A model generated the notes under the pieces. The model ran no database searches. It saw nothing but the letters and a program-made list of their open reading frames with translations, and was not told the DNA's origin. Below, piece by piece: positions 50,637-60,067 of a stretch of 64,000 bases of DNA; the stretch's first letter is position 1; each line of letters starts with the position of its first letter. The DNA comes from Candidatus Krumholzibacteriota bacterium (GTDB lineage Bacteria > Krumholzibacteriota > Krumholzibacteriia > JAJRXK01). The stretch lies in assembly GCA_963806035.1 (NCBI GenBank), contig CAWDWO010000035.1, forward strand, positions 43,702 to 107,701. Direction: 5' to 3'. The position numbers and the translations under genes were made by a program.

Positions 50637-51551
50637 CTATTCCCCCCCTCCCGAGAAGCGATAGCTCAGACCGAATTGATGCGTCGACTCGAGAACGCCG
50701 CCCCCGGTGGAGAAAGCGTAGTCGAGGGTGGCACCGTGGAAGTGGACTCCGAATCCGGCGCAGAGCTTGTTGGGATCGGTCTCGAGTCCCGCGCGGAGAT
50801 CGAGTACGTCGAGGATGCCGAACTCGGCGCCACCGTGCACCCTGAACTCCTCACCCATGCGGCTGCGGATGTCGAAGGCGGTGGTTACCTGCTCGTAAGG
50901 CTCGTAGCTCACGCCGATGGCCACCTGTTGGATGAGCTCCTCGTTGTCGTCGCCGATTGTGGGATTGTTGATGTTCTTGGCGATGAAACCGATCTTCGTA
51001 CGATCCCACACCTCCACGATTCCGGCGAGATCCAGTCCGGTGGCCCAGGCGTTGCCCGGGTCGATCCCGTTGGATCCGTCACCGGCGAGCCCGATGCTCC
51101 GACCGAAGTCGAGATTGTAGAAGTTCAGCGTCCAACCCACCGCCGCGCCCGATGCTTCGTCCTTGAAGAGCTGAAATCCGTTGGAGACGGAGACCGTGTA
51201 TTCGCTCAAAAGACTCGTGCCATTGTTGTCGACGCCCAGGTGCCGCAGACCGATCGCCAGACCACCCCAGTTTCCCGGGAGCGGCATTGCTCCACCCAGG
51301 GTGCTCAGACGGTTGTATCCACCGTTGTTGGGTTCGGCGGTCGCCGCGGCCGCCTCGGGCTCTTCCATCCAGGGCAGAAGCGCCGGGTTGTTGTAGAAGC
51401 TCCAGGCATCGCCGTCGACCGCGACCACGGCTGAGCCCATGGCGCGCGCCCGCGGACTCACCGCGAGGTCGTCGAACGCCGCCCGGGCGCTGGTCGCGAC
51501 CAGCAGGATGAGAGGCAGCAGCAGGAGAATCGGAGTTCGTTTCGCTTGCAT
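50637..51551 (-). CDS. PorV/PorP-like outer-membrane barrel
   Basis: Signal peptide; SPRARAMGSA..DAWSFYNNPALL; LRAG..GFG..LDYAF..THQFGLSYRF. Confidence 0.8.
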   Translation of the reverse strand: MQAKRTPILLLLPLILLVATSARAAFDDLAVSPRARAMGSAVVAVDGDAWSFYNNPALLPWMEEPEAAAATAEPNNGGYNRLSTLGGAMPLPGNWGGLAIGLRHLGVDNNGTSLLSEYTVSVSNGFQLFKDEASGAAVGWTLNFYNLDFGRSIGLAGDGSNGIDPGNAWATGLDLAGIVEVWDRTKIGFIAKNINNPTIGDDNEELIQQVAIGVSYEPYEQVTTAFDIRSRMGEEFRVHGGAEFGILDVLDLRAGLETDPNKLCAGFGVHFHGATLDYAFSTGGGVLESTHQFGLSYRFSGGGE

Positions 51552-51564
51552 TGAGCCGTGCCTC

Positions 51565-54500
51565 CTATCGATCCAAGCGCGACGCCACGACCACGGGCAT
51601 CTGCTTCTCTTTGGATCCGTTGCTACCGGTGGAGCGCGTCTGCAGGTGTGCCACGTACGCGCCGGCCGGTACGAACTCGCCGAATTCGTCCGTGCCGTCC
51701 CACTCGAAGGTCGCCCGGTTGTCGTTGAATACGGTGTCGAGGGTCGTCACTCGACTGTCGAATATCGTCTTCACGAGAGTCCCGTTCATGTTGAAGATTC
51801 TCAGGATCACTTCGCCGTCTTTCGCAATGAGATCCGAAGTGAGATTGACCGTCATCGGATAGCGCTCGCCATCGCGAGGCAAGAAGGTGAAGGGCGGACC
51901 CTCCAGCTTGATGGCGTCTACCAAGAGGGGTTCGAGATTGGCGGTGAGCCCGGGAGCCGGAATGGCATTCCCGTTCAGATCGGCCACCCCGCTCACGCGC
52001 ACCGACCAGTTCTCCTCCAAGCCCAGATTGCGATCGAGAGTGAGCCGGACCCGGCTCTGCGAACCCTGAACCAATCCAGCCGAACTCACGCCGGCGGTCT
52101 CGGAGGGGGAGTTGGTGCGATAGACCTGATAATTGGAGGCCGTGGAGGCGGAGTTCGGTTCCAGCGCCTCGCTGAAATCGATGATCACCGTGGAAGCGGT
52201 TTCCAGGCTGGCCCGGTTGATTCGTGGCGGCGAGGTATCGCCGGCCTGACCCTCGAAGATGTCGCTGGCCAGCCCAACGTTGACCTGATAGGCGCTGCCG
52301 AACAAGCCGCCCGCGCCGCGCGCGGTGATGGTGGTTCCGGTACTGAAGCTGGGCGCGCTCAGCGTATCCACCACGCGCACGTCGATCGGGCCCGAGCCAT
52401 CGTTCACCGTGTAGTTCACGCCGGGGCCCGCGACCGCCTGTGCGGTGATGGGTCCGGAGATCTCGATGAAGGTCCCTTCCCACTGTCCATTGGCCGCCGC
52501 GCCGGTGGAGAGTTGCGCAGCCGCCGGCCGCGGATTGCCGCTCGAGAGGACCTTCACGGAGGTCGGATTCGTGATCTCGACCGTGGTGAAGTACAGAGAG
52601 ACCGTGCCCGTCACTTCGACCTGGTTGCCGACGGTCTGCGTGGCCGCGACATTGAATCCGTTGCCGAAGATGTTGATTCCGCGACCCGAGGAATCCTGGA
52701 TGTAGCCGGAAGTCGTCCCACCGCGGTAGTCGCTGGGGATGTACACCACGCCCTGCACCGTCACCACCTGGCCGTCGTAGCTGTTGGGATCGGCCTGAAT
52801 GGTGGCGATGGGAATCGCACTGGAGGCGGTGTAGCTAAAGACCGCCGTATTGCTGCCCGCGATCACGTTCCCCGCCACGTCCTTCACGCCCGTGACCGTG
52901 ACGGTGTAAGAGGTGCCCTCGGTCAGCCCAGAGGCCAGAGTCAGGTTCACGCGGCTGCCATTGAGGATTGCACCGCTCACCGCGATGGTATTCGCGGGAG
53001 TTGCGGTCTCGAAGACCTGGTAGTTGCTCGCGGTCTGCGCCGTCGCGGTGTCCAGAGCCTCGTTGAAGCTCACGGCGACCGAAGTCGCGGAGCTGGCGCT
53101 CGCCGTCGTCACGGTGGGCGGGTCGGTGTCCACCCCGCCGCCGGTGGAGATATCACTGACCAGGCCCACCAGTACCTGGTAGTCCGGGTCGAAGTATCCA
53201 CCCGCCCCCCGCGCGGTGATCGTAGTCCCGTTGCTGTAGCTCGGCGCGCCCAGAGTGTCCACGACTCTGACGACGATCGTACCCGAGCCGTCGTTCACCG
53301 TGTAATTGACGCCCGGTCCCCCCACCGCCTGCGAGCTGATGGTTCCGGTGACCTGGATGAAGGTACCTTCCCAGTCGCTGCTGGAGGCAGCACCGGTGGA
53401 CAGCTGCACCGCGGAAGGCCGCGGATTGCCGCCCGAGAGTACCGTCACCTCGGTCGGATTGGAAATCTCCACGGTACTGAAGTACAGGGAGACGGTCCCG
53501 GTCACCCGGATCCGGTTGCCCACGGTCTGGGCGGCCGGAACGTCGAAGCCCGAGCCGAAGAGGTTGATTCCGCGACCCGAGGAATCCTGGATGTAGCCGG
53601 AGACGGTGGCCCCGCGATAGTCGCTGGGGATGTACACCACACCCTCCACCGTCACCACCTGGCCGTCATAACTACCGGGATTGGCCTGGATGGTCGCGAT
53701 GGGAGTGGCGTTGGACGCGGTGTAGGTGAAGCTCGCCGTGTTGCTGCCCGCGATCACGTTCCCCGCCAGGTCCTCTACGCCCGTGACCGAAACCGTGTAG
53801 GAAGTTCCGTCCGTCATGTCGGAGCCCAGGCTGAGCGTGACCTGGCTTCCCACCAGCGTCGCGCCGCTCACCATGATGGTGTTGGCCGGGGCAGAGGTCT
53901 CGTATAGCTGGTAGTTGCTCGCGGTCTGCGCCGTCGCGGTGTCCAGAGACTCGTTGAAATTCACGCCGACGGAGTTGGCGGAAGTCGCACTGGCTCCGGT
54001 TACCGTGGGTGGGTCGGTATCGACTCCGCCCCCGGTGGAGACATCACTGGTCAGACCCACCAGCACCTGGTAGTCGGTGCTGAACTGCCCCCCCGCGCCG
54101 CGCGCGGTGATGGTGGTGCCGTTGCTGTAGCTGGGCGCGCCCAGAGTGTCCACGACCCGGACGATGATGGGACCCGAACCGTCGTTCACCGTGTAATTGA
54201 CGCCCGGTCCACCCACCGCCTGCGCGGTGATGGGGCCCGTGACCTCGATGAAGGTCCCCTCCCACTGCGAATTCGCCGCCGCCCCGGTGGACAGCTGCAC
54301 CGCGGAAGGCCGCGGATTGCCGCCGGAGAGCACAGTAACTTCGGTCGGATTGGCGATCTCCACCGTGGTGAAGTAGAGGGAGACGGTCCCGGTCACCCGG
54401 ATCCGATTGCCCACGGTCTGGGCGGCCGGAACGTCGAAGCCCGAGCCGAAGAGATTGATTCCGCGACCCGAGGAATCCTGGATGTAGCCGGAGACGGTGG

Positions 54501-55923
54501 CCCCGCGATAGTCGCTGGGGATGTACACCACACCCTCCACCGTCACCACCTGGCCGTCATAACTGCCGGGATTGGCCTGGATGGTCGCGATGGATGTCGC
54601 GCTCGATGCAGTGAAGGTGAAGCTCGCCGAATTGCTGCTCCCGATGACGCCGCCCTGGGTGTCCTCGACGTCGGCTACCTCGACGGTGTAGGACACCCCG
54701 TCGCTGAGCGACGAAGCCAGAGTGAGGGTGACACTCGCGCTTGCGGGGCTCACGCCGCTCACGCTGACAGGACTTCCCGGCTGTGCGGTGGGATACACCG
54801 TGAACGAACCCGGGTCGCTGGCGCTGGCCGCGTCGATCGCCTTGTTGAAGTTGACGACCACCGTGGTCGCGTCGCTGGCCGAGGCGTCACTCACCGCGAG
54901 TTCGGTCGCACCCGCAGCGGAGACGTCGGAAGCTGAGCCCACGAGAACCTGGAAGGTGGTGGAGAAAGCTCCCCCTGCTCCGCGCGCGGTGATGGTGGTG
55001 CCGTTGGTGAAAGTCGCGGCGCCGAGCGTGTCCACGACCCGCACGTCGATCGGGCCCGAACCATCGTTGATCGTGTAGTTGATTCCCGGCCCCGACACGG
55101 CCTGAGCGCTGATGGTTCCGGTGACTTCGATGAAGGTTCCTTCCCACTGGGAATTGGCCGCCGCCCCGGTGGAGAGTTGAGCCGGTGAGGGCAAGGGATT
55201 GCCGCCGGAGATGAGCGTCACGTCAGTTGGATTCGTGATCTCCACCGTGCTGAAGTAGGTGGAAACGGTTCCGGTGACGCTCACGAGGTTGCCCGCGCTC
55301 TGCAGCGCGGCCACGTCCATCCCGCTGCCGAAGAGGTTGATCCCGCGTCCCGAGCTGTCCTGGATGTAGCCGGAGATCGTGGTCCCCCGGTAGTTCGTCG
55401 GGATGTACACCACACCTTCCACCGTGACCACTTGGCCGTCATACGCAGCTTCGTCGCCTTGAATGTCCGCGATCGAAGTGACGCCGCTGCCCCCTGCCGC
55501 GGTGAAGTCCAAGGAGGGCGCGCCAGCGATGGGCTGGTTCGAAGTGTTCTCCACGTTCTGCACGCGCAGGGTGTAGACCACGCCTGAAGTGAGCGGAGTG
55601 GAGAGAGCGAGGGTCACCTCGACTCCCGAGACCGACGCGCTGGAAATGCCAGGTCGGTTCCCTGTGTTGTCCTTCTCGAAGAGAAGGTAGTTGGAAGTCG
55701 TCTCGCCGGTCGTAGCGTCGATGTTCTCGGAGAAGGTGACGACCACGGTGGACAAGTCGGTATTCTGAACGCTGACCAGAGTGGGCTGTGCCACCGCGGT
55801 CGTTGCGCCCAGCGCGAGAAGAACCCAAAGGGTCGTGGCGGCCAGCGTCGCGGCCATTCCCAGTTTGCGTCGCAAGGTCCAGCTCCTTGGCTGACGGCCA
55901 CCAAGGGCCGCCGATCGGATCAT
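51565..55923 (-). CDS. Large secreted protein: (Ig-OB-OB)x4, Ig, FlgD/T9SS-like CTD
   Basis: Signal ending AVA-Q; repeats SIATIQ..GQVVTVEGVV..GYIQD..G and EG..IEVTG..VNDGSG; Ig units V.F.E.LD..A...NY; tail RIFNMNGTLVK..WDGTD..G..VPAGAY; start may be 55857. Confidence 0.82.
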   Translation of the reverse strand: MIRSAALGGRQPRSWTLRRKLGMAATLAATTLWVLLALGATTAVAQPTLVSVQNTDLSTVVVTFSENIDATTGETTSNYLLFEKDNTGNRPGISSASVSGVEVTLALSTPLTSGVVYTLRVQNVENTSNQPIAGAPSLDFTAAGGSGVTSIADIQGDEAAYDGQVVTVEGVVYIPTNYRGTTISGYIQDSSGRGINLFGSGMDVAALQSAGNLVSVTGTVSTYFSTVEITNPTDVTLISGGNPLPSPAQLSTGAAANSQWEGTFIEVTGTISAQAVSGPGINYTINDGSGPIDVRVVDTLGAATFTNGTTITARGAGGAFSTTFQVLVGSASDVSAAGATELAVSDASASDATTVVVNFNKAIDAASASDPGSFTVYPTAQPGSPVSVSGVSPASASVTLTLASSLSDGVSYTVEVADVEDTQGGVIGSSNSASFTFTASSATSIATIQANPGSYDGQVVTVEGVVYIPSDYRGATVSGYIQDSSGRGINLFGSGFDVPAAQTVGNRIRVTGTVSLYFTTVEIANPTEVTVLSGGNPRPSAVQLSTGAAANSQWEGTFIEVTGPITAQAVGGPGVNYTVNDGSGPIIVRVVDTLGAPSYSNGTTITARGAGGQFSTDYQVLVGLTSDVSTGGGVDTDPPTVTGASATSANSVGVNFNESLDTATAQTASNYQLYETSAPANTIMVSGATLVGSQVTLSLGSDMTDGTSYTVSVTGVEDLAGNVIAGSNTASFTYTASNATPIATIQANPGSYDGQVVTVEGVVYIPSDYRGATVSGYIQDSSGRGINLFGSGFDVPAAQTVGNRIRVTGTVSLYFSTVEISNPTEVTVLSGGNPRPSAVQLSTGAASSSDWEGTFIQVTGTISSQAVGGPGVNYTVNDGSGTIVVRVVDTLGAPSYSNGTTITARGAGGYFDPDYQVLVGLVSDISTGGGVDTDPPTVTTASASSATSVAVSFNEALDTATAQTASNYQVFETATPANTIAVSGAILNGSRVNLTLASGLTEGTSYTVTVTGVKDVAGNVIAGSNTAVFSYTASSAIPIATIQADPNSYDGQVVTVQGVVYIPSDYRGGTTSGYIQDSSGRGINIFGNGFNVAATQTVGNQVEVTGTVSLYFTTVEITNPTSVKVLSSGNPRPAAAQLSTGAAANGQWEGTFIEISGPITAQAVAGPGVNYTVNDGSGPIDVRVVDTLSAPSFSTGTTITARGAGGLFGSAYQVNVGLASDIFEGQAGDTSPPRINRASLETASTVIIDFSEALEPNSASTASNYQVYRTNSPSETAGVSSAGLVQGSQSRVRLTLDRNLGLEENWSVRVSGVADLNGNAIPAPGLTANLEPLLVDAIKLEGPPFTFLPRDGERYPMTVNLTSDLIAKDGEVILRIFNMNGTLVKTIFDSRVTTLDTVFNDNRATFEWDGTDEFGEFVPAGAYVAHLQTRSTGSNGSKEKQMPVVVASRLDR
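52250..55790 (-). repeat. Four intragenic tandem repeats of about 890 bp (about 297 aa)
   Basis: The YDGQVVTV coding segment recurs at about 52740, 53630, 54520 and 55400; copies 2 and 3 are nearly identical in DNA. Confidence 0.9.
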
Positions 55924-56138
55924 CGAGCGGGGAGCGGTCGAGAGTCACGACGGGCAGGATATGAGGAATCCTCCCTGGCTGCGTGGACCGCTACTACTCG
56001 CGGGAAAGAGCATCCACGCTAGCAAACTAGCCGGGCTTGGGGAAGAAGAAGATTCGTTAGTCCCCAGATTTCTCGCGCTCTCATGCGGCCCACGGATGCG
56101 CTGGAATCAAGAAGGTCAGAGAGTCGAGGTGAAAACTT

Positions 56139-56609
56139 CTAGAAGTGTTTGGCCTCGACCTCGCGCAGGGCGGCCATGATGGCGGCGGGGGTCTCCGCGG
56201 AGCGGAGCGCCGCGAGGAAGGAATCGATGCGTAGAAGCTTGGAGATTCGCGCCAGGACCCGCAGCTGCTGCCCGGGCAGCTCACGCGAACCCACCAGAAG
56301 GAAGATGAGATCGACGGGCTCACCGTCGGCCGCCTTGAAATCGATGGGCTCGGCCAGATGGGCGATCATCACCACGCTGCCCGCGATCTGCTCGCTGCGC
56401 ACATGGGGCAGAGCCATCCCGCCGCCGATCCCGGTGGACTCCATCTTCTCGCGCGCCAGAACCGAGTCGAGAAGAGCGGGAGCGTCGTTGATGCGCCCGA
56501 GCTCGGCCAAACGGTCCACGAGTACCTCGAGGCACTCTTTGCGGTCCGCCGCCTTCAGCGAGGCGAAGCAGAGTTCGGGAGAACAATAATTGAGGAGTTT
56601 CATCACCAT
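56139..56609 (-). CDS. PTS EIIA (Ntr/Fru-type) domain protein
   Basis: REKMESTGIGGGMALPH, IDFKAADGEPV. Confidence 0.9.
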   Translation of the reverse strand: MVMKLLNYCSPELCFASLKAADRKECLEVLVDRLAELGRINDAPALLDSVLAREKMESTGIGGGMALPHVRSEQIAGSVVMIAHLAEPIDFKAADGEPVDLIFLLVGSRELPGQQLRVLARISKLLRIDSFLAALRSAETPAAIMAALREVEAKHF

Positions 56610-56642
56610 GGCTCTCTCCTCTCGGACATGGATCCTGAATGC

Positions 56643-57761
56643 TCAGCTGCGAGAGGCGGCTCCTTCACGCAGAAAGAGCTCCACCTGACTGGCGAGGGCC
56701 ATGAAGGCCTTGGTGGCGGGACTCTCGGAGGAAGACGCGACCACCGGAAGACCCGCATCACCACACTCACGGACGCGGGCTTCGATGGGTACGCTCCCCA
56801 GATAGGGGACACCGAAACGATCACTGGTCCGTTTTCCCCCACCCTTTCCAAACACATCTTCCTCGTGACCGCAATGCGGACAGACGAATCCGCTCATGTT
56901 TTCCACCACGCCGACGATGGGGACCTTGGTCTGTTCGAACATCTGAATGCCGCGCACCACGTCGATGAGGGCGACATCTTGCGGGGTGGTCACCATGATC
57001 ACTCCATTCAGCGGCACCCTCTGCACCAGGGTGAGCTGGGCATCGCCGGTGCCCGGCGGCAGATCCACCACCAGTACGTCCAACTCGCCCCAGACCACCT
57101 CGTTCAGGAACTGGGTCAGCGCTCCCATGACCATGGGGCCGCGCCAGATCATGGCCTTGTCGCGCGGAACGAGAAAACCAATGGACATGCAGGCGATGCC
57201 CTCCTTTTGGATCGGCAGGATCTTGCGCTCGTCGGTAATCTGCGGCTGTTCGCTGATCCCCAGCATGGTGGGCAGGCTCGGCCCGTAGATGTCCGCGTCG
57301 AGCAAACCCACCTTCTGTCCGCGGCGCGCCAGGGCCAGGGCCAGATTGGTGGCCACCGTCGATTTGCCCACGCCGCCCTTCGCGCTCGCCACGGCCAGGA
57401 TGGACTTCACCCCGGGCAGCGCCGCCTGCCCCGCCCAGGGGTCGCCCGAGCCGGCGGGAGCTTCACCGTGTCCCGAGGGTGCGGGACCCGCGGGCGCGGC
57501 CTTCGCCCCGCTGGCCTTGCCGCGCAGCTCCAGGTGGGCCGCCTGCACACCCTCGATCCCGTCCAGAGCCGCCTGGGCGTCCCGCTGGATCGAGCGCAGG
57601 GTCTGAAGGTCGTCGATGCCGTGCTCCAGCAACACGTGGACCGTGCCCCCTTCGACCCGGATCTCCTTGACCAGACCGAAAGAGACGATATCGCGTCGAA
57701 ACCCCGGATATTTCACCGTTTTCAATGCATTTTCGACCTGCTGCTGGGTGAGCTGGGACAT
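56643..57761 (-). CDS. mrp: Mrp/NBP35 family Fe-S cluster carrier ATPase
   Basis: SAKGGVGKST, DADIYGPS, WRGPM, DLPPGTGD, VTTPQ, ENMS..CPHC. Confidence 0.95.
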   Translation of the reverse strand: MSQLTQQQVENALKTVKYPGFRRDIVSFGLVKEIRVEGGTVHVLLEHGIDDLQTLRSIQRDAQAALDGIEGVQAAHLELRGKASGAKAAPAGPAPSGHGEAPAGSGDPWAGQAALPGVKSILAVASAKGGVGKSTVATNLALALARRGQKVGLLDADIYGPSLPTMLGISEQPQITDERKILPIQKEGIACMSIGFLVPRDKAMIWRGPMVMGALTQFLNEVVWGELDVLVVDLPPGTGDAQLTLVQRVPLNGVIMVTTPQDVALIDVVRGIQMFEQTKVPIVGVVENMSGFVCPHCGHEEDVFGKGGGKRTSDRFGVPYLGSVPIEARVRECGDAGLPVVASSSESPATKAFMALASQVELFLREGAASRS

Positions 57762-57916
57762 GATCCGCACTTTCCTGACTGAAGGAGGCCGGGGATTCTA
57801 CCCCGGGCGTTGACGTCGGCCGCGGCGGGCGCGGATACTCGCTCCCGCGAGCCTTCAAACAAGTATGGCGAGCCCCAAGGGGCAAGCCGAAGAATCCCCG
57901 CGGCGGCGCGTTTTTC

Positions 57917-58675
57917 ATGTCCTTGAGCGTCATCATCATTACCCGCGACGAGGAGGACAGGCTCCCGGGAGCACTGGCCAGCGTGCGCGAGCTGGCCGAT
58001 GAGATCGTGCTGGTGGACACCGGAAGCACCGACTCCACCCTCTCGATCGCCCGCGGCGAGGAGAAACTGCGACTGGTGCAGGCGCCCTTCGAGAATTTCA
58101 GTCAGGCCAAACAGAGGGCGCTGGACGAGGCCCGCGGGGAATGGGTGCTGGCCCTCGACGCGGACGAGAGAGTCTCGGTGGAGCTGGCCCGGAAGATCCG
58201 GCAGCTGGAGGCCAACCAGCAACTGGTGGGAATGGGAGGATTTCGTCTGCGCCGGCGCAATTTCGTCCTGGGGCACCAGATGAGATCGATGGGTCTGGAG
58301 CGCGACACCCAGTTACGTCTCTTTCGACGCGAGGGGGCCCGATATAACGGACATCTGGTCCATGAGGGCGTGAGCCTGCCCTCAGGAACGCCCCTCGGAC
58401 TCCTCGAGGAACCGCTCGATCACTATACCTTCGGCGGCATCGACAGCTATCTGCGCAAAATGGATCTCTACACGACTCTGGAGATTCGCGAGGGCACGCG
58501 CGCTTTCTCTCGCTGGCATCTCATCTCCAGCCCGCCCTCGACCTTCTGCCGGGTCTATTTCTTCCGGGGTGGATGGCGCGACGGATTCCCGGGCTTCCTC
58601 TGGGCCAGCCTCACCGTCCTGGGGCGCTTTCTGCGCGACGTGAAGCTCTGGATCCGCCAGATCCAGGGCGATTAA
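57917..58675 (+). CDS. Glycosyltransferase family 2 (LPS core beta-1,4-glucosyltransferase-like)
   Basis: IITRDEE, VDTGSTD, LDADE, RLFRR, VHE, G.RDG..G. Confidence 0.9.
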   Translation: MSLSVIIITRDEEDRLPGALASVRELADEIVLVDTGSTDSTLSIARGEEKLRLVQAPFENFSQAKQRALDEARGEWVLALDADERVSVELARKIRQLEANQQLVGMGGFRLRRRNFVLGHQMRSMGLERDTQLRLFRREGARYNGHLVHEGVSLPSGTPLGLLEEPLDHYTFGGIDSYLRKMDLYTTLEIREGTRAFSRWHLISSPPSTFCRVYFFRGGWRDGFPGFLWASLTVLGRFLRDVKLWIRQIQGD

Positions 58676-59289
58676 CTGCTCGGTTCCAGCTGCCGCGCGG
58701 CCAGCTCGCGGCCCATCTCGACGTAGTCCTCGAAGGGGTGCTCCGGCGCCAGCTCCTGCAGCTGGTCGTAGATCCGCAGGGCCTTTTCGGTGGTCTCCGG
58801 GCGACGGAGATGATCGTCGGCCAGCTGGAGCATGCCTTTCACGGCCCGCAGATAGTTGGGGTCCTCGCCGAGCAGATAGGCGTAGATCCTCTGCGCAAGT
58901 TCGAAATGGTGCGTCGAGCGTTGCACTGCTGCGAGCTTGGTCCACTGCTCCGGTTCCAGCTCGAAAGCATCCCACTGCTCGCCGAAGGGGGCCAGGGTTT
59001 CGCTGATGGCCGAGAGATTGCCCACCGACAGCGCCAGCTGCGCCGCCTCCTTGGCGGTACTCAGCGCGTCTTCCTCGCCGAGCTTCTGCTTGAGAACGGC
59101 GATGCGGCTCAGGACCAGCGCGTGCGGCCCGCGCGCCGCGAGAAACGCGAGCATCTCGTCCAGAGCCTCGCGCGGATTCTCTTCCGCGAGGTGCTCGTTG
59201 GACTTGAGCGTGTCGATGACGCTGGCTGTGGCCTGATCGTTGGACAGCACCGTCGATTGACGAACTGGAGCTTGAGAACGGTCCGGCAT
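58672..59289 (-). CDS. Hypothetical TPR-like helical protein
   Basis: ATG after GAGGAG; helical repeats such as EDPNYLRAVKGMLQLA. Confidence 0.55.
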   Translation of the reverse strand: MPDRSQAPVRQSTVLSNDQATASVIDTLKSNEHLAEENPREALDEMLAFLAARGPHALVLSRIAVLKQKLGEEDALSTAKEAAQLALSVGNLSAISETLAPFGEQWDAFELEPEQWTKLAAVQRSTHHFELAQRIYAYLLGEDPNYLRAVKGMLQLADDHLRRPETTEKALRIYDQLQELAPEHPFEDYVEMGRELAARQLEPSS

Positions 59290-59494
59290 GACGACTCCTC
59301 GGATCCCGGGCTGACGGTTCCGGGCACACTCTGGCCCGGAGTTTCCACCCTCCGTGTGGCAAGGTTCGGGCCGCCCGCCCCCGAGCGCGCGGTCACGATT
59401 TCCCACGCTTTCCAGTTGTTTCTCAGAATGCCTTCTCGAGAGGGCCGCGCCGGCCCGCCGGACGAAGCCACGGAGGCAATGTGCCGGATTCGCC

Positions 59495-59836
59495 TCAGTC
59501 GTCGAAGGAGGCGACCGCCTCGGCTTCTTTGTCGAAGTTTTCGAAGACCAATCCCAATTGGGTGACATGGAGGATGTTGTCGATGCGATCGCTCATCTCG
59601 CAGATCTTCATCCGCCCACCGTTCTTCACCAGACTGGTGTACGCGGAGACCATCAGCCCCAGACCGGTGCTGTTGATCCACTTCACTCGGGACATGTTCA
59701 AGAGGATGTCGATCTTTCCTTCGCCGACCAGCTTCTTGATGGTGTCGTGGAAGAGATTGAAATCGTCGCCGCCCATGATCTTTCCCGAGAGCTCGAGAAC
59801 GACGACATCTCCACTCTCACGCTGTTTGATCTTCAC
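59495..59836 (-). CDS. STAS-domain anti-sigma factor antagonist
   Basis: GTG after GGAGG; LSGKIMGG, VKWINSTGLG, LHVTQL. Confidence 0.92.
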   Translation of the reverse strand: MKIKQRESGDVVVLELSGKIMGGDDFNLFHDTIKKLVGEGKIDILLNMSRVKWINSTGLGLMVSAYTSLVKNGGRMKICEMSDRIDNILHVTQLGLVFENFDKEAEAVASFDD

Positions 59837-60067
59837 CGGGGCCTCCAGTACTGAGCCAGCAAGAAAAAGGTTGGATAGGGACAGAGCCCAGCGGTGCGGC
59901 TTCATCCACGACCTATGCAGGGTACGGTAGAGCGGCGGACAATTCAAGCGGTCTGGCGGCGTGCTCTTGCCAAGTTTCGGGCTCTGGGTCATCTTGGCGC
60001 CAGCTCTTCGATCGAGAAAACCGAGAGGGATCGGTGCGGTCGGAGCTTCAACTCACGGAGCCCGTCG

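Noticed and set aside
51439..53907. 822-aa plus-strand ORF and many other long antisense ORFs (for example 14112-16157, 44938-46614)
   Set aside because: Shadows of well-supported opposite-strand genes in high-GC DNA; no motifs
52250..55790. Long direct repeats as CRISPR, mobile element or DGR template
   Set aside because: In-frame protein domain repeats; no spacers, transposase or reverse transcriptase in the window
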